In this document: positions 23,520-35,589 of the stretch, piece after piece
How the letters are laid out: each line of letters starts with the position of its first letter
Position numbering within the stretch: position 1 is the stretch's first letter
Assembly (NCBI RefSeq): GCF_006345805.1
Contig: NC_043006.1
Coordinates: 24,676,001-24,740,000, forward strand
Length of the DNA stretch: 64,000 nucleotides
Reading direction: 5' to 3'
Origin: Octopus sinensis
Lineage: Eukaryota
Position numbers and translations under genes: made by a program
Notes under the pieces: model-generated
What the model saw: only the letters and a program-made list of their open reading frames with translations
Told to the model about the DNA's origin: nothing
Databases searched by the model: none

Positions 23520-24914
23520 ATGAAGGTTACGGAGAGGGTTATAGCCCAACTAATTAGAGAGAGAGTTAGCCTAGATCAGATGCAGTTTGGGTTTGTGCCA
23601 GGGAAAAGTACTACTGATGCTATTTTCATGGTAAGACAGCTGCAAGAGAAATACCTAGCCGAAGACAAGCCCCTATACCTGGCTTTTGTTGATATGGAGA
23701 AAGCCTTCGACAGGGTCCCCCGATCCCTCATCTGGTGGTCAATGAGGAAACTAGGGATAGATGAATGGTTAGTGAAAGCTGTACAAGCCATGTACAGAGA
23801 CGCTGCTAGTAAGGTGAGGGTTGGCACTGAGTACAGTGAAGAATTCAAGGCAGAGGTTGGGGTCCACCAAGGTTCAGTCCTCAGTCCCCTCCTATTTATC
23901 ATAGTCCTCCAGGCAATAACAGAGGAATTCAAGACAGGATGCCCCTGGGAGCTCCTCTATGCTGATGACCTTGCTCTAATTGCTGAGTCTCTATCAGAAC
24001 TAGAGGAGAAGTTTCAGGTATGGAAACAAGGTTTAGAATCGAAGGGCCTTAGAATCAACCTAGCCAAAACCAAAGTCCTAATAAGTAGGAAGGTAGACCA
24101 ATCACAAACGCCTTCAGGTAGATGGCCCTGCTCGATCTGTAGAAAAGGTGTAGGTAGAAACTCTATAAGATGCACCAAGTGTAAGCTATGGACACATAAG
24201 AGGTGCAGCAATGTCAAAGGAAGGCTAACTAGGAAGATGGTTTTTGTATGTGGCAGATGCTCAGGAACAATTAACACTGAAAATGCTCTGAGACCAACTT
24301 CCGTCACTTTCCAGGGAGAAAAGCTAGAAGTAGTTGATAGTTTCCGTTACCTAGGTGACCAAGTCAGTAGCGGGGGCGGGTGCGCTGAAAGTATAACTGC
24401 TAGAGTAAGAATAGCCTGGGCAAAGTTTAGAGAGCTCTTACCCCTGCTGGTGACAAAAGGCCTCTCGCTCAGAGTAAAAGGCAGACTGTATGATGCATGT
24501 GTACGTACAGCCATGCTACATGGTAGTGAAATTTGGGCTGTGACTGCTGAGGATTTGCGTAAGCTCGCAAGAAATGAAGCTAGTATGCTCCGATGGATGT
24601 GTAACGTCAGTGTTCATAATCGACAGAGTGTAAGTACCTTGAGAGAAAAGTTGAACCTAAGAAGCATCAGTTGTTGTGTGCAAGAGAGACGTATGCGCTG
24701 GTATGGTCATGTGATGAGAATGGCTGAAGATAGTTGTGTGCGAAAGTGCCACACCCTGGCAGTTGAGGGGACCTGTGGAAGAGGTAGACCCAGGAAAACC
24801 TGGGTCGAGGCGGTGAAGCACGACCTTCGAACTTTAGGCCTCACCAAGGAAATGACCAGTGACCGAGACCTTTGGAGGTATGATGTGCGTGAGAAAACCC
24901 GGCAAGACCAGTGA
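23520..24914 (+). CDS. RTE reverse transcriptase (C-terminal 464 aa) with embedded PHD-like C4HC3 finger
   Basis: QFGFVPGKSTTDAIF, FVDMEKAFDRV, GVHQGSVLSPLLF, LLYADD, VDSFRYLG, GRGRPRKTW. Confidence 0.92.
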   Translation: MKVTERVIAQLIRERVSLDQMQFGFVPGKSTTDAIFMVRQLQEKYLAEDKPLYLAFVDMEKAFDRVPRSLIWWSMRKLGIDEWLVKAVQAMYRDAASKVRVGTEYSEEFKAEVGVHQGSVLSPLLFIIVLQAITEEFKTGCPWELLYADDLALIAESLSELEEKFQVWKQGLESKGLRINLAKTKVLISRKVDQSQTPSGRWPCSICRKGVGRNSIRCTKCKLWTHKRCSNVKGRLTRKMVFVCGRCSGTINTENALRPTSVTFQGEKLEVVDSFRYLGDQVSSGGGCAESITARVRIAWAKFRELLPLLVTKGLSLRVKGRLYDACVRTAMLHGSEIWAVTAEDLRKLARNEASMLRWMCNVSVHNRQSVSTLREKLNLRSISCCVQERRMRWYGHVMRMAEDSCVRKCHTLAVEGTCGRGRPRKTWVEAVKHDLRTLGLTKEMTSDRDLWRYDVREKTRQDQ

Positions 24915-24962
24915 GAACAGTCAAAATCAAGATCAAACCAAATTGAGGTCGATCAACATCAG

Positions 24963-25720
24963 GGCCCCCGTGCAGGTGACACGTAAAAGTACCATCCGTT
25001 CGTAGCCGTTTGCCAGCCCTGTCTGGCCCCCGTGTCGGTGGCACGTAAAAGCACCATCCGTTCGTGTTCGTTGCCAGCCTGGCCTGGCCCCCGTGCCGGT
25101 GATACGTAAAAGCACCATCCGTTTGTGGCCGTTTGCCAGCTCTGTCTGGCCCCCGTGCCGGTGACACGTAAAAGCACCATCCGTTCGTGGCCGTTTGCCA
25201 GCCCTGTCTGGCCCCCATGTCAGTGACATGTAAAAGCACCATCTGTTCGTGTCCGTTTGCCAGCCCTGTCTGGCCCCCATGTAGGTGACATGTAAAAGCA
25301 CCATCCGTTCGTGTCCGTTGCCAGCCTCGCCTGGCCCCCGTGCCGGTGACACGTAAAAGCACCATCCGTTCGTGTCCGTTTGCCAGCCCTGTCTGGCCCC
25401 CGTGTCGGTGGCATGTAAAAGCACCATCCGTTCGTGCCCGTTGCCAGCCTCGCCTGGCCCCCGTGCCGGTGACACGTAAAAGCACCATCCGTTCGTGGCC
25501 GTTTGCCAGCTCTGTCTGGCCCCCGTGTTGGTGGCACGTAAAAGCACCATCCGTTCGTGTCCGTTTGCCAGCCCTGTCTGGCCCCCGTGTCGGTGGCATG
25601 TAAAAGCACCATCCGTTCGTGCCCGTTGCCAGCCTCGCCTGGCCCCGTGCCGGTGACACGTAAAAGCACCATCCGTTCGTGGCCGTTTGCCAGCTCTGTC
25701 TGGCACCTGTGCGGGTGGCA
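24963..25720 (+). repeat. About 61-bp GC-rich minisatellite, about 12 units, in the RTE 3'UTR
   Basis: Unit ggcccccgtgccggtgacacgtaaaagcaccatccgttcgtggccgtttgccagctctgtct. Confidence 0.95.
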
Positions 25721-25984
25721 CGTAAAAAGCACCCACTACACTCACGGAGTGGTTGGCGTTAGGAAGGGCATCCACCTGTAGAAACACTGCCAGATCTGAC
25801 TGGGCCTGATGAAGCCTTCCAGCTTCACAGACCCCAGTTGAACCGTCCAACCCATGCTAGCATGGAGAACGGACGCTAAATGATGATGATGATGATGATG
25901 ATTTATGAGAAGCTTATTTTGTTGCATGTAACAAACAGTTGATTTAGCAATATGAATAAGTTTTTAATGTATTTTCAGTCTTAG

Positions 25985-27050
25985 TGTTGTGGAAGGATCC
26001 TGATCACCACATTACTGAATGTGGACAAAAGAAACTGTGTGAACTGTCAGTAGTTGACAATGGTATAGTTGACAGAGTTGATCAGCCGTATTGGTTACTG
26101 TGTTAGTTTAATGTCATAACTACGTTTGGAGAAGTACAGAGTGTGTTCTGTGTGAACATATTAATTCTGCAAAAGGTTTTTTCTAGATAACCATATCCAA
26201 ATATTTATTTGGGTAATACTTTCCTTACACCCGACATGTACAACTCATATCATAACATCTTTGGTGATGAGATATTAAAACACACGCTGGAGAGATTGTT
26301 GTTTCAACATGGAAGACTTACTAGCTTTGGCAATTGAATTACAGAAAGAGCAATAATAGCAGTTGTTAAAATTGCAGAAGCAACAATAACTGTTAATACA
26401 ACTGCTACTTAGCAAAACAGAAAATATATTGAATTTGTTCATCTGATAGTCGCAAACTCCATCGGAGAGTTTGCATATAACTCAGATAAGGGTACTACTT
26501 TTCTGGCTTACTTTAGAAGGTATGAGGAAATTTTTAAAGAAGAATGCTCTGGCTGGCCAAATGAAAAAAACTGTGACATTTGTTGAGAAAGTTGGCACCA
26601 GCCGAGCATGAAAAATATTGCAATTACATATTACTAAAGAGACTGGGTGAATCTATTTTGAAGAAACAGTAGATAATCTATCAAAAATATTCAGCAAAAA
26701 AATCTCTTTATTTAATATGTGCTGGCAATGCATGAATATAAAAAAAAAAAGAAGATACATATGCTGGAATCATTAATAAGGAATGCAAGAGTCAGAAAAT
26801 TTTTTAAAAAGAAGTGAAAATGTTGTTCCCTAATGTTTTGTTGGACAAGTTGAGTTGGTGCCACAGAAAGTCATAAAAGGCAGCAATATGATGTAATGGC
26901 CGTTTTCCCAAACAAGCATAATTGTTGGTATCCCACTGGTTAAAATTACTGCCCATATACGAATTCTAAACTTTTGTCAAAGAAATCTTTCATGAAATAC
27001 GGTTCTTAGAATTTGGATATGAGCAGTTATAAAAACCCTGATTTTTGGGA
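25985..27050 (+). mobile_element. Decayed Gypsy LTR retrotransposon 5' end (LTR 25985-26257, PBS about 26261-26271, gag)
   Basis: tgtt...aaca LTR, tggtgatgag PBS-like, gag relic IGEFAYNSDKGTTFLAYFRRYEEIF..LRKLAPAEHEKYCNYIL. Confidence 0.7.
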
Positions 27051-27147
27051 AATTACTCAGTGATCGTAGGATGTTACTAAACTCCACAACACTCACAATA
27101 GTGATCGCTGGATGTTACTAAACTCCATGACCCTCACTCCTTGAGAT

Positions 27148-28303
27148 ATTGGCTATTTTTTATGCCATGTCTATGACTTAAATCAAACAAACATGAGGTG
27201 GTTTCATGGCAAAGAATTCATCAAGGTATCTTTTTACATCATCCAAGGAATTGAAATTTTTACCATTAAGACTATTTGCAGAGACCTGAATAAGTGGAAA
27301 TCCGAAGGTGAATATGGAGGGTGGGGTAACACATCCCAGCCGAGCTGCAGCAATTTTTGTCTGGTTCCCAAAGAAACATGTGGTCTTGCATTATCATGTT
27401 GGAAAAAAACACCCTTCCTGTTGGCCAATTCTGGACGTTTCTCTTGAATTGCTGCTTTTAACTCATCTGGTTGTGTGCTGTATTTCTCAGAATTAATTGT
27501 TTGGTTACATGGGAGAAGCTCATAGTACAGAATTCCTTTACAATCCCACCAGACACAAAGCAAGACTTTTTAGGGTGAAGACCCGCTTTTGGGGTGGCTA
27601 AGGCTGGCTCATGTCACTTACTTGCTTTTTCTGAATATTTCGGTAGATAATCCATTTCTCATCACCTGTCACAATTTGCTTTACAAAAGGTGCGTTTTCA
27701 TTCCATTTATAAAGTGAATCACAGATGGAAATGTGATCCAAAAGGTTCTTCTCACTCAACTCATGTGGTACCTAAACATCGTAGCGATTTATGTACCCAA
27801 GCTTTACCAGGTGCTCATGAACGACAGATTTTGATAGGTTCAGGCTTTCTGCCAATTCTCGGGTCGTGCAATGTGGGTTATTCTAAATTAATGACTTGAT
27901 TTGGTCATCATCTGTAGTGGATGGTCTGCCTGATTGCTCTTTATCAATAAAGCTATAATCTCCAGCTTGGAACCTTGCGAACCACTTCCCTACAGTTCTT
28001 TTGGATAAAGAAACATCACCGTTAAACTGCGCATATTTCTTTGGTTGCTTGTGAGGCATTTTTCTCCTTTACGGAAAAAGAAAAGCATCAAGTGCCGAAA
28101 ATGAACTTTCTTATCTTCTATTTTAAAGGGTTACAGAATTAACACAGGTTATAGGAACATAAACCTTCTTCCATGAAAAGATAGCTTAAACTGTGCTCTA
28201 AATGGAGGTGTAGCCAAATCCTATTTTATGAACTCAACCATGTTCTAAAATAAGTCGAAAGGTAAGGTACTATAAATCGGCATGAACTTTCCGGACAACC
28301 CAA
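27148..28303 (-). mobile_element. Decayed mariner (DD34D)
   Basis: MLCVWWDCKGILYYELL, FQHDNARPH, VLPHPPYSP; TIR ttgggttgtccggaaagttcatg + TA at 28304-28305. Confidence 0.88.
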
Positions 28304-28729
28304 TAACTCTGCCTAAACTGACAATTTCCTTTTTAATCTATGTGATCATGTCGGGAGGTCACCACTTTTTATAGTCAGTTTGGTTACTGTTTGTGTAACA
28401 CTACTTTTATATGTTTCCTATTTGGAAATAGATAATAAATATATTTTACTTTTGAAGTAAACATATCACTTATAACTTACTTATAAATGTTATCATTATA
28501 TATAAATTCTGACTCCAGCTACATAAACACCATAGTGAGAAATACATACTCTGAAACACTAACGGACATTTTATGTGTGCATGTATGTTGAAGATAAATA
28601 AATTCATGTTCTTTTAACTGCTATAAAAAAATACACTAACAAGTTGAAGAACGTCAAGAAAGAAAAAAATAATTACTACATTAGTTTATTTATGTACATT
28701 TAGCATTTACAGTACAATTGGAAAGTAAC

Positions 28730-29216
28730 ATCATTTTGTCTTAAACATTTTTCATTCATGACCCTATTTTGCATCACAAGATTTTTCGCAACCCCAGGTA
28801 TTAAATATGAAATAAAACATACAAATAAATACATAAATCATTTAATTTTTTTGCTGAACAATATACATATAAAGAAAGTAGTTATATTATTTGTTAAAAT
28901 AAAAGTAGTTTTAAGATTTGTTTCAAGTACAAAAATAAACCAAAGTAAAAATCAATGTGATGGATGTGCTTGTTTTCTGCTGCATAACAAATTAAACCTT
29001 AATGTAATATTTGACACTACTGAACATTTTTCAGCATTGAACAATATTTGGTTTTAATAAGGGTTAAAGCTGAACAAGTCATTTCACATATTTATGTGGC
29101 ACATCACGTTAAACATTGTGCATTTGTGAAATAGTATATAAACTGAAATTCAAGTGTTTGAATTTAATTTTCATGACCCCCATTTGGGGTCATGACCCAT
29201 AGATTAAGAAGCACTG
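28730..29216. mobile_element. hAT/Charlie-like MITE remnant; left-end copy at 30993-31100
   Basis: gacccc..gggtcatgaccc subterminal motifs, aagaagcactg end; about 90 bp shared between the two sites. Confidence 0.55.
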
Positions 29217-30029
29217 CTCTAAAGGATGTCCAACAGGATTCATTTCCAGACAACATCCAGTTTGTTTATGGCTAACCATGCTTTAGCTATCTGAGTTCTT
29301 ATGTCCTTTTCAGTTGAGACTATCTCAGAATTGAGATACATGAAATCATCAACTTGATTCATGGGTTCTTCACTGATGTTGGTGATAAACAAGGATCCAT
29401 CACCAACATCATGCTTTCATATAAGTAAAGGATTACATCATATGATGTGTGCTAAAAGATATAGTTAATATTAGTGATAGTGATTTATGATACTGTTACA
29501 AAGCCTTGGTGCTGTAACGATGGTAGTGAGGAGATTTACTCTTTACTCTTTTACTTATTTCAGTTATTTGACTGCAGCCATGCTGGAGCACCGCCTTCAG
29601 TCGAGCAAATCGACCCCGGGACTTATTCTTTGTAAGCCCAGTACTTATTCTATCGGTTTCTTTTGCCGAACCGCTAAGTCACGGGGACGCAAACACACCA
29701 GCATTGGTTGTCAAGCAATGCTAGGGGGACAGACACAGACACACACACATACATATATATATATATACGACAGGCTTCTTTCAGTTTCCGTCTACCAAAT
29801 CCACTCACAAGGCATTGGTCGGCCCGGGGCTATAGCAGAAGACACTTGCCCAAGATGCCACGCAGTGGGACTGAACCCGGAACCATGTGGCTGGTTAGCA
29901 AGCTACTTACCACACAGCCACTCCTGCGCCTATATTTGGGGATGTTTATTGCCCTATAAAATAGCATTATTACAATATAATACAATATGGTTACACAGTA
30001 ATTGAAAATGAAATTAGTAATAATACAAC

Positions 30030-30339
30030 CTTCACTCCGTTCTATTTCATTGTCTTTTCCATGGATAATTCCAATTCTTTCCATAAGGCCTACATCTGTG
30101 TTCTTTTCTGCTGTCTGATGACTTTCCAAAAAACTTTGCTGCCTCTTAGAAGCCTCTTTTCTCCATGTTAGAAACTTTGAATCTAGTTCATTTGCTTCTG
30201 ATGAAAAATGGAACGCGGAAGAATATGGCTTACTTTGAAGCTTATTTAATGTTGAATTTTCAGGGACATTTGAGTAGTAGACAAGTATGACACAGACAGA
30301 GACAAAAATAAGACAAATAGTCCAGCGTTGCCATCTCAT
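30030..30339 (-). CDS. GALNT11: GALNT11-like coding exon 1 (type II TM anchor + stem region)
   Basis: ATG at 30339, MRWQRWTICLIFVSVCVILVYY (short cytoplasmic tail + TM) ... ERIGIIHGKDNEIERSE(G); donor G|gttgta, phase 1; upstream acceptor ttttttag at 30392-30393. Confidence 0.88.
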
Positions 30340-33300
30340 CTTGTAATGTGTAATGATTACATCTGGGTCTTATGCATTGTATGCTATAAATCTAAAAAAC
30401 AAAAAAAATTAGGATAGCGTCAATGAAACATATTGCTAGAAAAATATGGTATTCATATACACATCTCTAAGTAATAATTCATACAAAGGTTTTCAGCTTA
30501 TAGGCATTAGAGAGAGAAAAGTTTTATGTTGTCAGATTGTTTCTGTTTAAGGCTTTATGAAAATATAAGCAACTTTCTGCTTGTGGACTTTTTGGTCTTC
30601 AAAGGCAATGCAGTGTGATGAATGTTTCAGATTTATATCATGACAAGATGAAGAAATGTGGTCAGTTAAAGGAGCAATTTAACAACAGTCAGGTGGAATG
30701 TATGACCTATCATTTGACTGTGAAATCAATCCAAACCATACCAGCATGGAAAATAGGTCACTTATCAGATCTTGTTTAGTTTGCCAGAAATGTCCTGCAT
30801 TATGAAGGTGGAAACAGACAGGAGATCTCCAAACAGCTGTTTCTTAGTGCGATGAGTTCTCCAAGATATGTTTAAGACTGCTCTTAGCATTTGGGTGAAA
30901 GTTCCATATAGCTTAGATTCCTGTTATTTGGTAAGTGCCCAGGTTGTTGCTCCATATAAACTCTACCATTGCATAGAAAAAATTCCTCTAAAGTAGCGCT
31001 TCTAAAACATTTTTCATTTATGACCCCATTTTGCATCACAAGATTTTTCGCAACCCCAGGTATGAAATATGAAATAAAACATACAAATAAATACATAAAT
31101 GTATTTCTTCATCTTGTCATGATATAAATCTGAAATGTAAATACAAAAGTATGACCTGTCAGATGTATAAATGTAAATTTGAGAGATGAACAATATGGAA
31201 ATAGTAAATATAATTTGCTATCAGCACATTATAACTGAGAGACAAGCAGACTAAGAAAATATATTAGTACACAGAGTCATATATTTTAATAAACGAAATT
31301 AAGCCTTGTACATGTGCTACTACTTTTACAACTATAAATTTAGAATCACTACATAATTCTTGATATAAGAAGAATGCTTAATTTAATGCATTATAATGTT
31401 CCATTGTCTGTTGAAGAATTATGATACTTCTCTTATAAAAGCTACTCATTCCTTTGAATACTTGTAACAAACTTTAACCCTTTAGTGTTCGCATTATTCT
31501 GCCAAAATTAATGCTTTTTAATCCACATTGTTTTGAACTAATCATGCATTATCTTGTAGCTATGAGATTTTGATGAGGTAGCTGTTAATTTTTAAAATGA
31601 TATTGTTGGGGTGGTGTGAGAGACAAGATCTGGCCAGTTTGAACATAAAACGGGCAGAATACTTTTGGCCGGTTTAAATGCCAAAGGGTAAAAGAACCTC
31701 CTCCACTTTCTAATAATCAATTGTCTTCTTACTATTCGAAAATGCCTTCATCCCCATTTTTTGGCAAATGTCATCATTTATTCTGTCAGACAAGAGGGTC
31801 TCCTTTTCAGCAACCAAATCGAAAAAAATTCCTAATTAGTCATGGATTTCAATTTGTCATATGAACCAACAGGCTCATTTGGATGTAGAATGAAAAGTAT
31901 AATGGGATCAGATGGAGCCACATGAAAGATTAACCCTTAAAAATAAGAAATTAAAGCTTTAACAAATGGAGACTGTGCTGATGGAAGCTTTACATGCTTT
32001 CTGATCATTACTATGTACAGCTACAAATGAGATAACTCATGAAAAACTGTCCTCTTTTTTTTTTTTTTGTTTTTTTTTAAAGAAAAAATACAAGATTAAC
32101 GCTCCCCACTTGGGTCTCCAAACTTGACACAGATATCATTATTCTTTCTTTTCTTTTCTTTTACTTGTTTCAGTCATTTGGTTAAAATTCGAAGAATTAA
32201 ACTACGTTAAACTTACAAATTACAAATTTATCAAAAAAGCCAAGTGAAAATAATGTTTTCTTTTGACACATTCTACCAGTATACGAAGTTTCAAATTGTT
32301 TAGTTAACTAGAAATTGTGTTGAATTCCGTCTATCAAAAGGAAAAGATCCGAACTTTTTCTAATGTTTAATTACATACAATTCATTCTTTCGTTTTGACC
32401 CGCAGAAACGTCAAATATTATCATATCAAAGAATGCCGTAAATGGATATGTAGCCAAACAGATAGATACATAAGTAGATAGATAGGTACATAGGCAACAA
32501 GGACAAGCGCACACACATACACGCACAAAAAATTGGGGACGGAAACACATGACCATACACACATGCATACATACATACGGACATACACACTCCAAACAGA
32601 GACACATATGGAGACACACATCCATACATAACAGACACATGTACATAGTCACACAAACCCATATGCACAGACACACTCAAACAAGCACAAATACACACAA
32701 ACACATGAATATGCAGAATACATACACAGACGCATACATACATACGTACATACATATATGCATTCCCCACACCTATGTGCATACACATACGCACAAACAG
32801 ACAACATCCATTGACAAAGTTGCAAAAAGCAGCGAAAACTTTGGAAGGAAAAAAATATAAATAATAAATGAGTGGAAATCGAACCGGTGAGTGTGTTGGA
32901 TAATAAAGGCATTAAGACAGTATGGCTCTCCCCATACACAACAAAATTTGCTTCAACACACGAATTCACATAAACACTCTTGCAAACCAGATACAAAAAC
33001 GATATATTTACACACACACACACATTTGTATGTGTATGAAACTGGTCAAGTAAATATAATCTACAATAAAAATTTGCAGATTTATTTTCATTAAAATATC
33101 AGCGCCTTCAGAGCAAAACGAGAAGGTGTAATAGATGATGGTTTTCCAACTCCTAAACAAAAAATGTACTAACATTGATAAAAATTAAATTTTTATCAAC
33201 TATAGTTGAATGTAAAATGAATACCGATCCACTAGAGTCTCTTATCGCACAGGAAACATCGAACTAACGACTCCCTAATATTTATTACCATATTTAGAAT

Positions 33301-33372
33301 TAACCTTATTTGTTTCGCAAAAGAGTTTGTTTAAAATATAAAGTAAAAACGATATTAGTCAAAATACTTCAG

Positions 33373-33798
33373 GGATCTTTTCGGTTTGAACGGCAGTTTT
33401 TCCTAGCGATGTTCTTATGAAATTGTCACCCATAATTATGACCCTAGAATCGATATATTGCATTTCAATCTCTTTTAGGGTTAGGGTTAAGGTTAGGGGT
33501 GGGGGAAGGGTATCTTTTTTTTCTTCACAAATGTAAATAAACCCAATCTGTTTCTTAAACGAGGGACATATTCATACGGCACAGAATGTTTTTTACTTCA
33601 ATAGACGTCACTGATTGGTTGAAATTGCAGAAATTGAAGAAAAAACAACAACTAATATCTTACAAACTATAGAATTTTCTCAATAAAGCCAAGAGAAAAA
33701 GATGTTTTATGAACACATTCTACCAGTATACGAAGTTTGAAAGTGTTTAGTTACCTAGAAATTATATTAAAAAACAGCCGTTCAAACCGAAAAGATCC
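33373..33798. mobile_element. Merlin-like MITE with 8-bp TSD
   Basis: TIR ggatcttttcggtttgaacggc / gccgttcaaaccgaaaagatcc; TACTTCAG on both flanks; superfamily inferred from GG ends + 8-bp TSD. Confidence 0.75.
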
Positions 33799-33899
33799 TA
33801 CTTCAGGCTTAAAATTTGTGACTTATCTGCCAAATATTGTAAATTAACAGATTTGAAAAACATTGAAATAATATATTCAAAACTTATCTCATATATATA

Positions 33900-34250
33900 T
33901 ATATATATAAAAAAACGCGATTACATCCATGAATTTCCGCGTGTAGGTTTCTATTATGTCAAAACATATTTTGATATAAATTCGTAAACATGAAAACAAT
34001 AAAAGCGGAGGGAGAGTTCAATCATTTGAGTTTGTATATGTAGATTATTGTAGAATATTTTCAATTTATTTTGTAAAATTGCGTTCACTTACCTTATTGA
34101 TTCCTTAAAAAAAAAAAAAAACATTAATTAATTTGTAACGCAGTCGAAATGAAAACATGCGACGTATTTAGCATCAATTAAAAGTGACATATTGAAAAAC
34201 ACGCAGTATAGCGAAATAGAAGTTGTCTCCCTTGACTTGGTGGACGAGGC
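33900..34250 (-). promoter_or_regulatory. Candidate promoter and non-coding first exon of GALNT11-like gene
   Basis: Perfect minus-strand donor AAG|GTAAGT at 34093/34092 inside a non-repeat patch with locally retained CpGs, 3.7 kb upstream of the acceptor at 30392. Confidence 0.45.
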
Positions 34251-34683
34251 TGAAATGTTTTACAAGCATACTTAGCGGTATTTCGTCTGCCGCTATGTTC
34301 TGAGTTCCGCCGAGGTTGACTTTGCCTTTCATCCTTTTGGTGTTGATAAATTAAGTACCTATTTCTTTATTACCCACAAGGGGCTAAACATAGATGGGAC
34401 AAACAAGGACAGACATAGGTATTAAGTCGATTCCATCGACCCCAGTGCGTAACTGGTACTTAATTTATCGACCCCGAAAGGATGAAAGGCAAAGTCGACC
34501 TCGGCGGAATTTGAACTCACAGCGTAACGACAGACGAAATACGGCTACGCATTTCGCCCGGCGTGCTAACGTTTCTGCCAGCTCGCCGCCTTCTCCATTA
34601 AGTACCAGTTGCATACTGGGTTCGATCTAATCAACTTGCCCCCACCTCCCAAAATTTCGAGCCTTGTGCCTAGAGTAGAAAAG

Positions 34684-34717
<34 letters not shown>

Positions 34718-34718
<1 letters not shown>

Positions 34719-34812
34719 GGCTCAGTGGTTAGAGCGTCGAGCTTACGATCGTGAGGTTGTGACCTCGAATCCCGGATCGGCCTGCGTGTTGTGTTCTTGA
34801 GCAAGACACTTT
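34718..34812 (+). mobile_element. Truncated tRNA-derived SINE head (third family)
   Basis: A box tggctcagtgg, B-box-like ctcgaatccc, then gtgttcttgagcaagacactt. Confidence 0.65.
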
Positions 34813-34813
34813 C

Positions 34814-35589
34814 GGATCTTTTCCTTTTGAACGGCACATGTCAACACGATTTCTAGTTAACTAACGCTTTTAAACTTCGTATACTGGTAGAATGTGTCAA
34901 AATAAAACATTTTTTTCTCTTGGCTTTTTTGAGAAAATTGTAATTTGTTTGTTTAACGTAGTTTAATTTTTCGAATTTTAACCAATGAATCGCCTCTAGT
35001 AAGCTAAAATCATTTGCTGCGTCTAAAACTGAGACATCCTGTCACTAACCCGACCCTCACCCTCACCCAAACCCTAAATTTTAGTCCTTCGTTTTTTTTC
35101 TTCTTAATTGTTAAATTAATTTGTTACGCGTGTGTCTATAATTATTCGTTTTGTTTTTGTTTTGAGTTTTTGCTTTCGTTTTAGCCTTTCGTTATGTATA
35201 CGTACGGAAAGCGTGTGTATAAAATTATAGAATTATTTCGTTTGTTAATTGTTTAAATTATTTTCCATTGCTTTCGTTTTTTTTCTTAATTGTTATCCTT
35301 AAATTAATTTAACAATTAAGAAAAAAAAAAAAACGAAATTCTAAAATTTAGGGTTAGGGTTAGTGACAGGATGTTGTCTCAGTTTTAGATGCAGCAAATG
35401 ATTTTAGCTCAATTAGAGGCAACTGATTGGTTAAAAGTCGAAAAATTAAACAAACGAATTACAATTTTATCAAGAAAGCCAAGAGGAAAAAATGTTTTAT
35501 TTTGACACATTCTACCAGTATACGAAGTTTTAAAGTGTTTAGTTAACTAGAAATTGTGTTGACATGTGCCGTTCAAAAGGAAAAAATCC
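34814..35589. mobile_element. Related long-TIR MITE (about 260-bp arms); solo right end at 32176-32350
   Basis: 34814-35075 is the reverse complement of 35340-35589; same terminal motif as 33373-33798. Confidence 0.8.

Larger units (their letters stand above)
23491..25902 (+). mobile_element. Young 5'-truncated RTE LINE, antisense in GALNT11 intron 1
   Basis: Uninterrupted RT ORF, 3'UTR minisatellite, terminal stem-loop, (GAT)n tail. Confidence 0.92.

Noticed and set aside
24963-25720. CRISPR-like regular array
   Set aside because: Units are contiguous with no unique spacers, lie in a LINE 3'UTR in eukaryotic DNA, and there are no cas genes.
24841-25850. Long repetitive ORFs (272, 305, 170 aa)
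   Set aside because: Stop-free frames of the GC-rich minisatellite; no protein features.
27060-27140. 41-bp two-unit direct repeat
   Set aside because: Only two diverged units at a TE junction; an ordinary local duplication.
32371-33094. C/V/Y/H/T-rich ORFs (also 54974-55482, 62370-62781) and poly-His/poly-Gln ORFs
   Set aside because: Translations of microsatellites and (CAT)n/(CAA)n tails.
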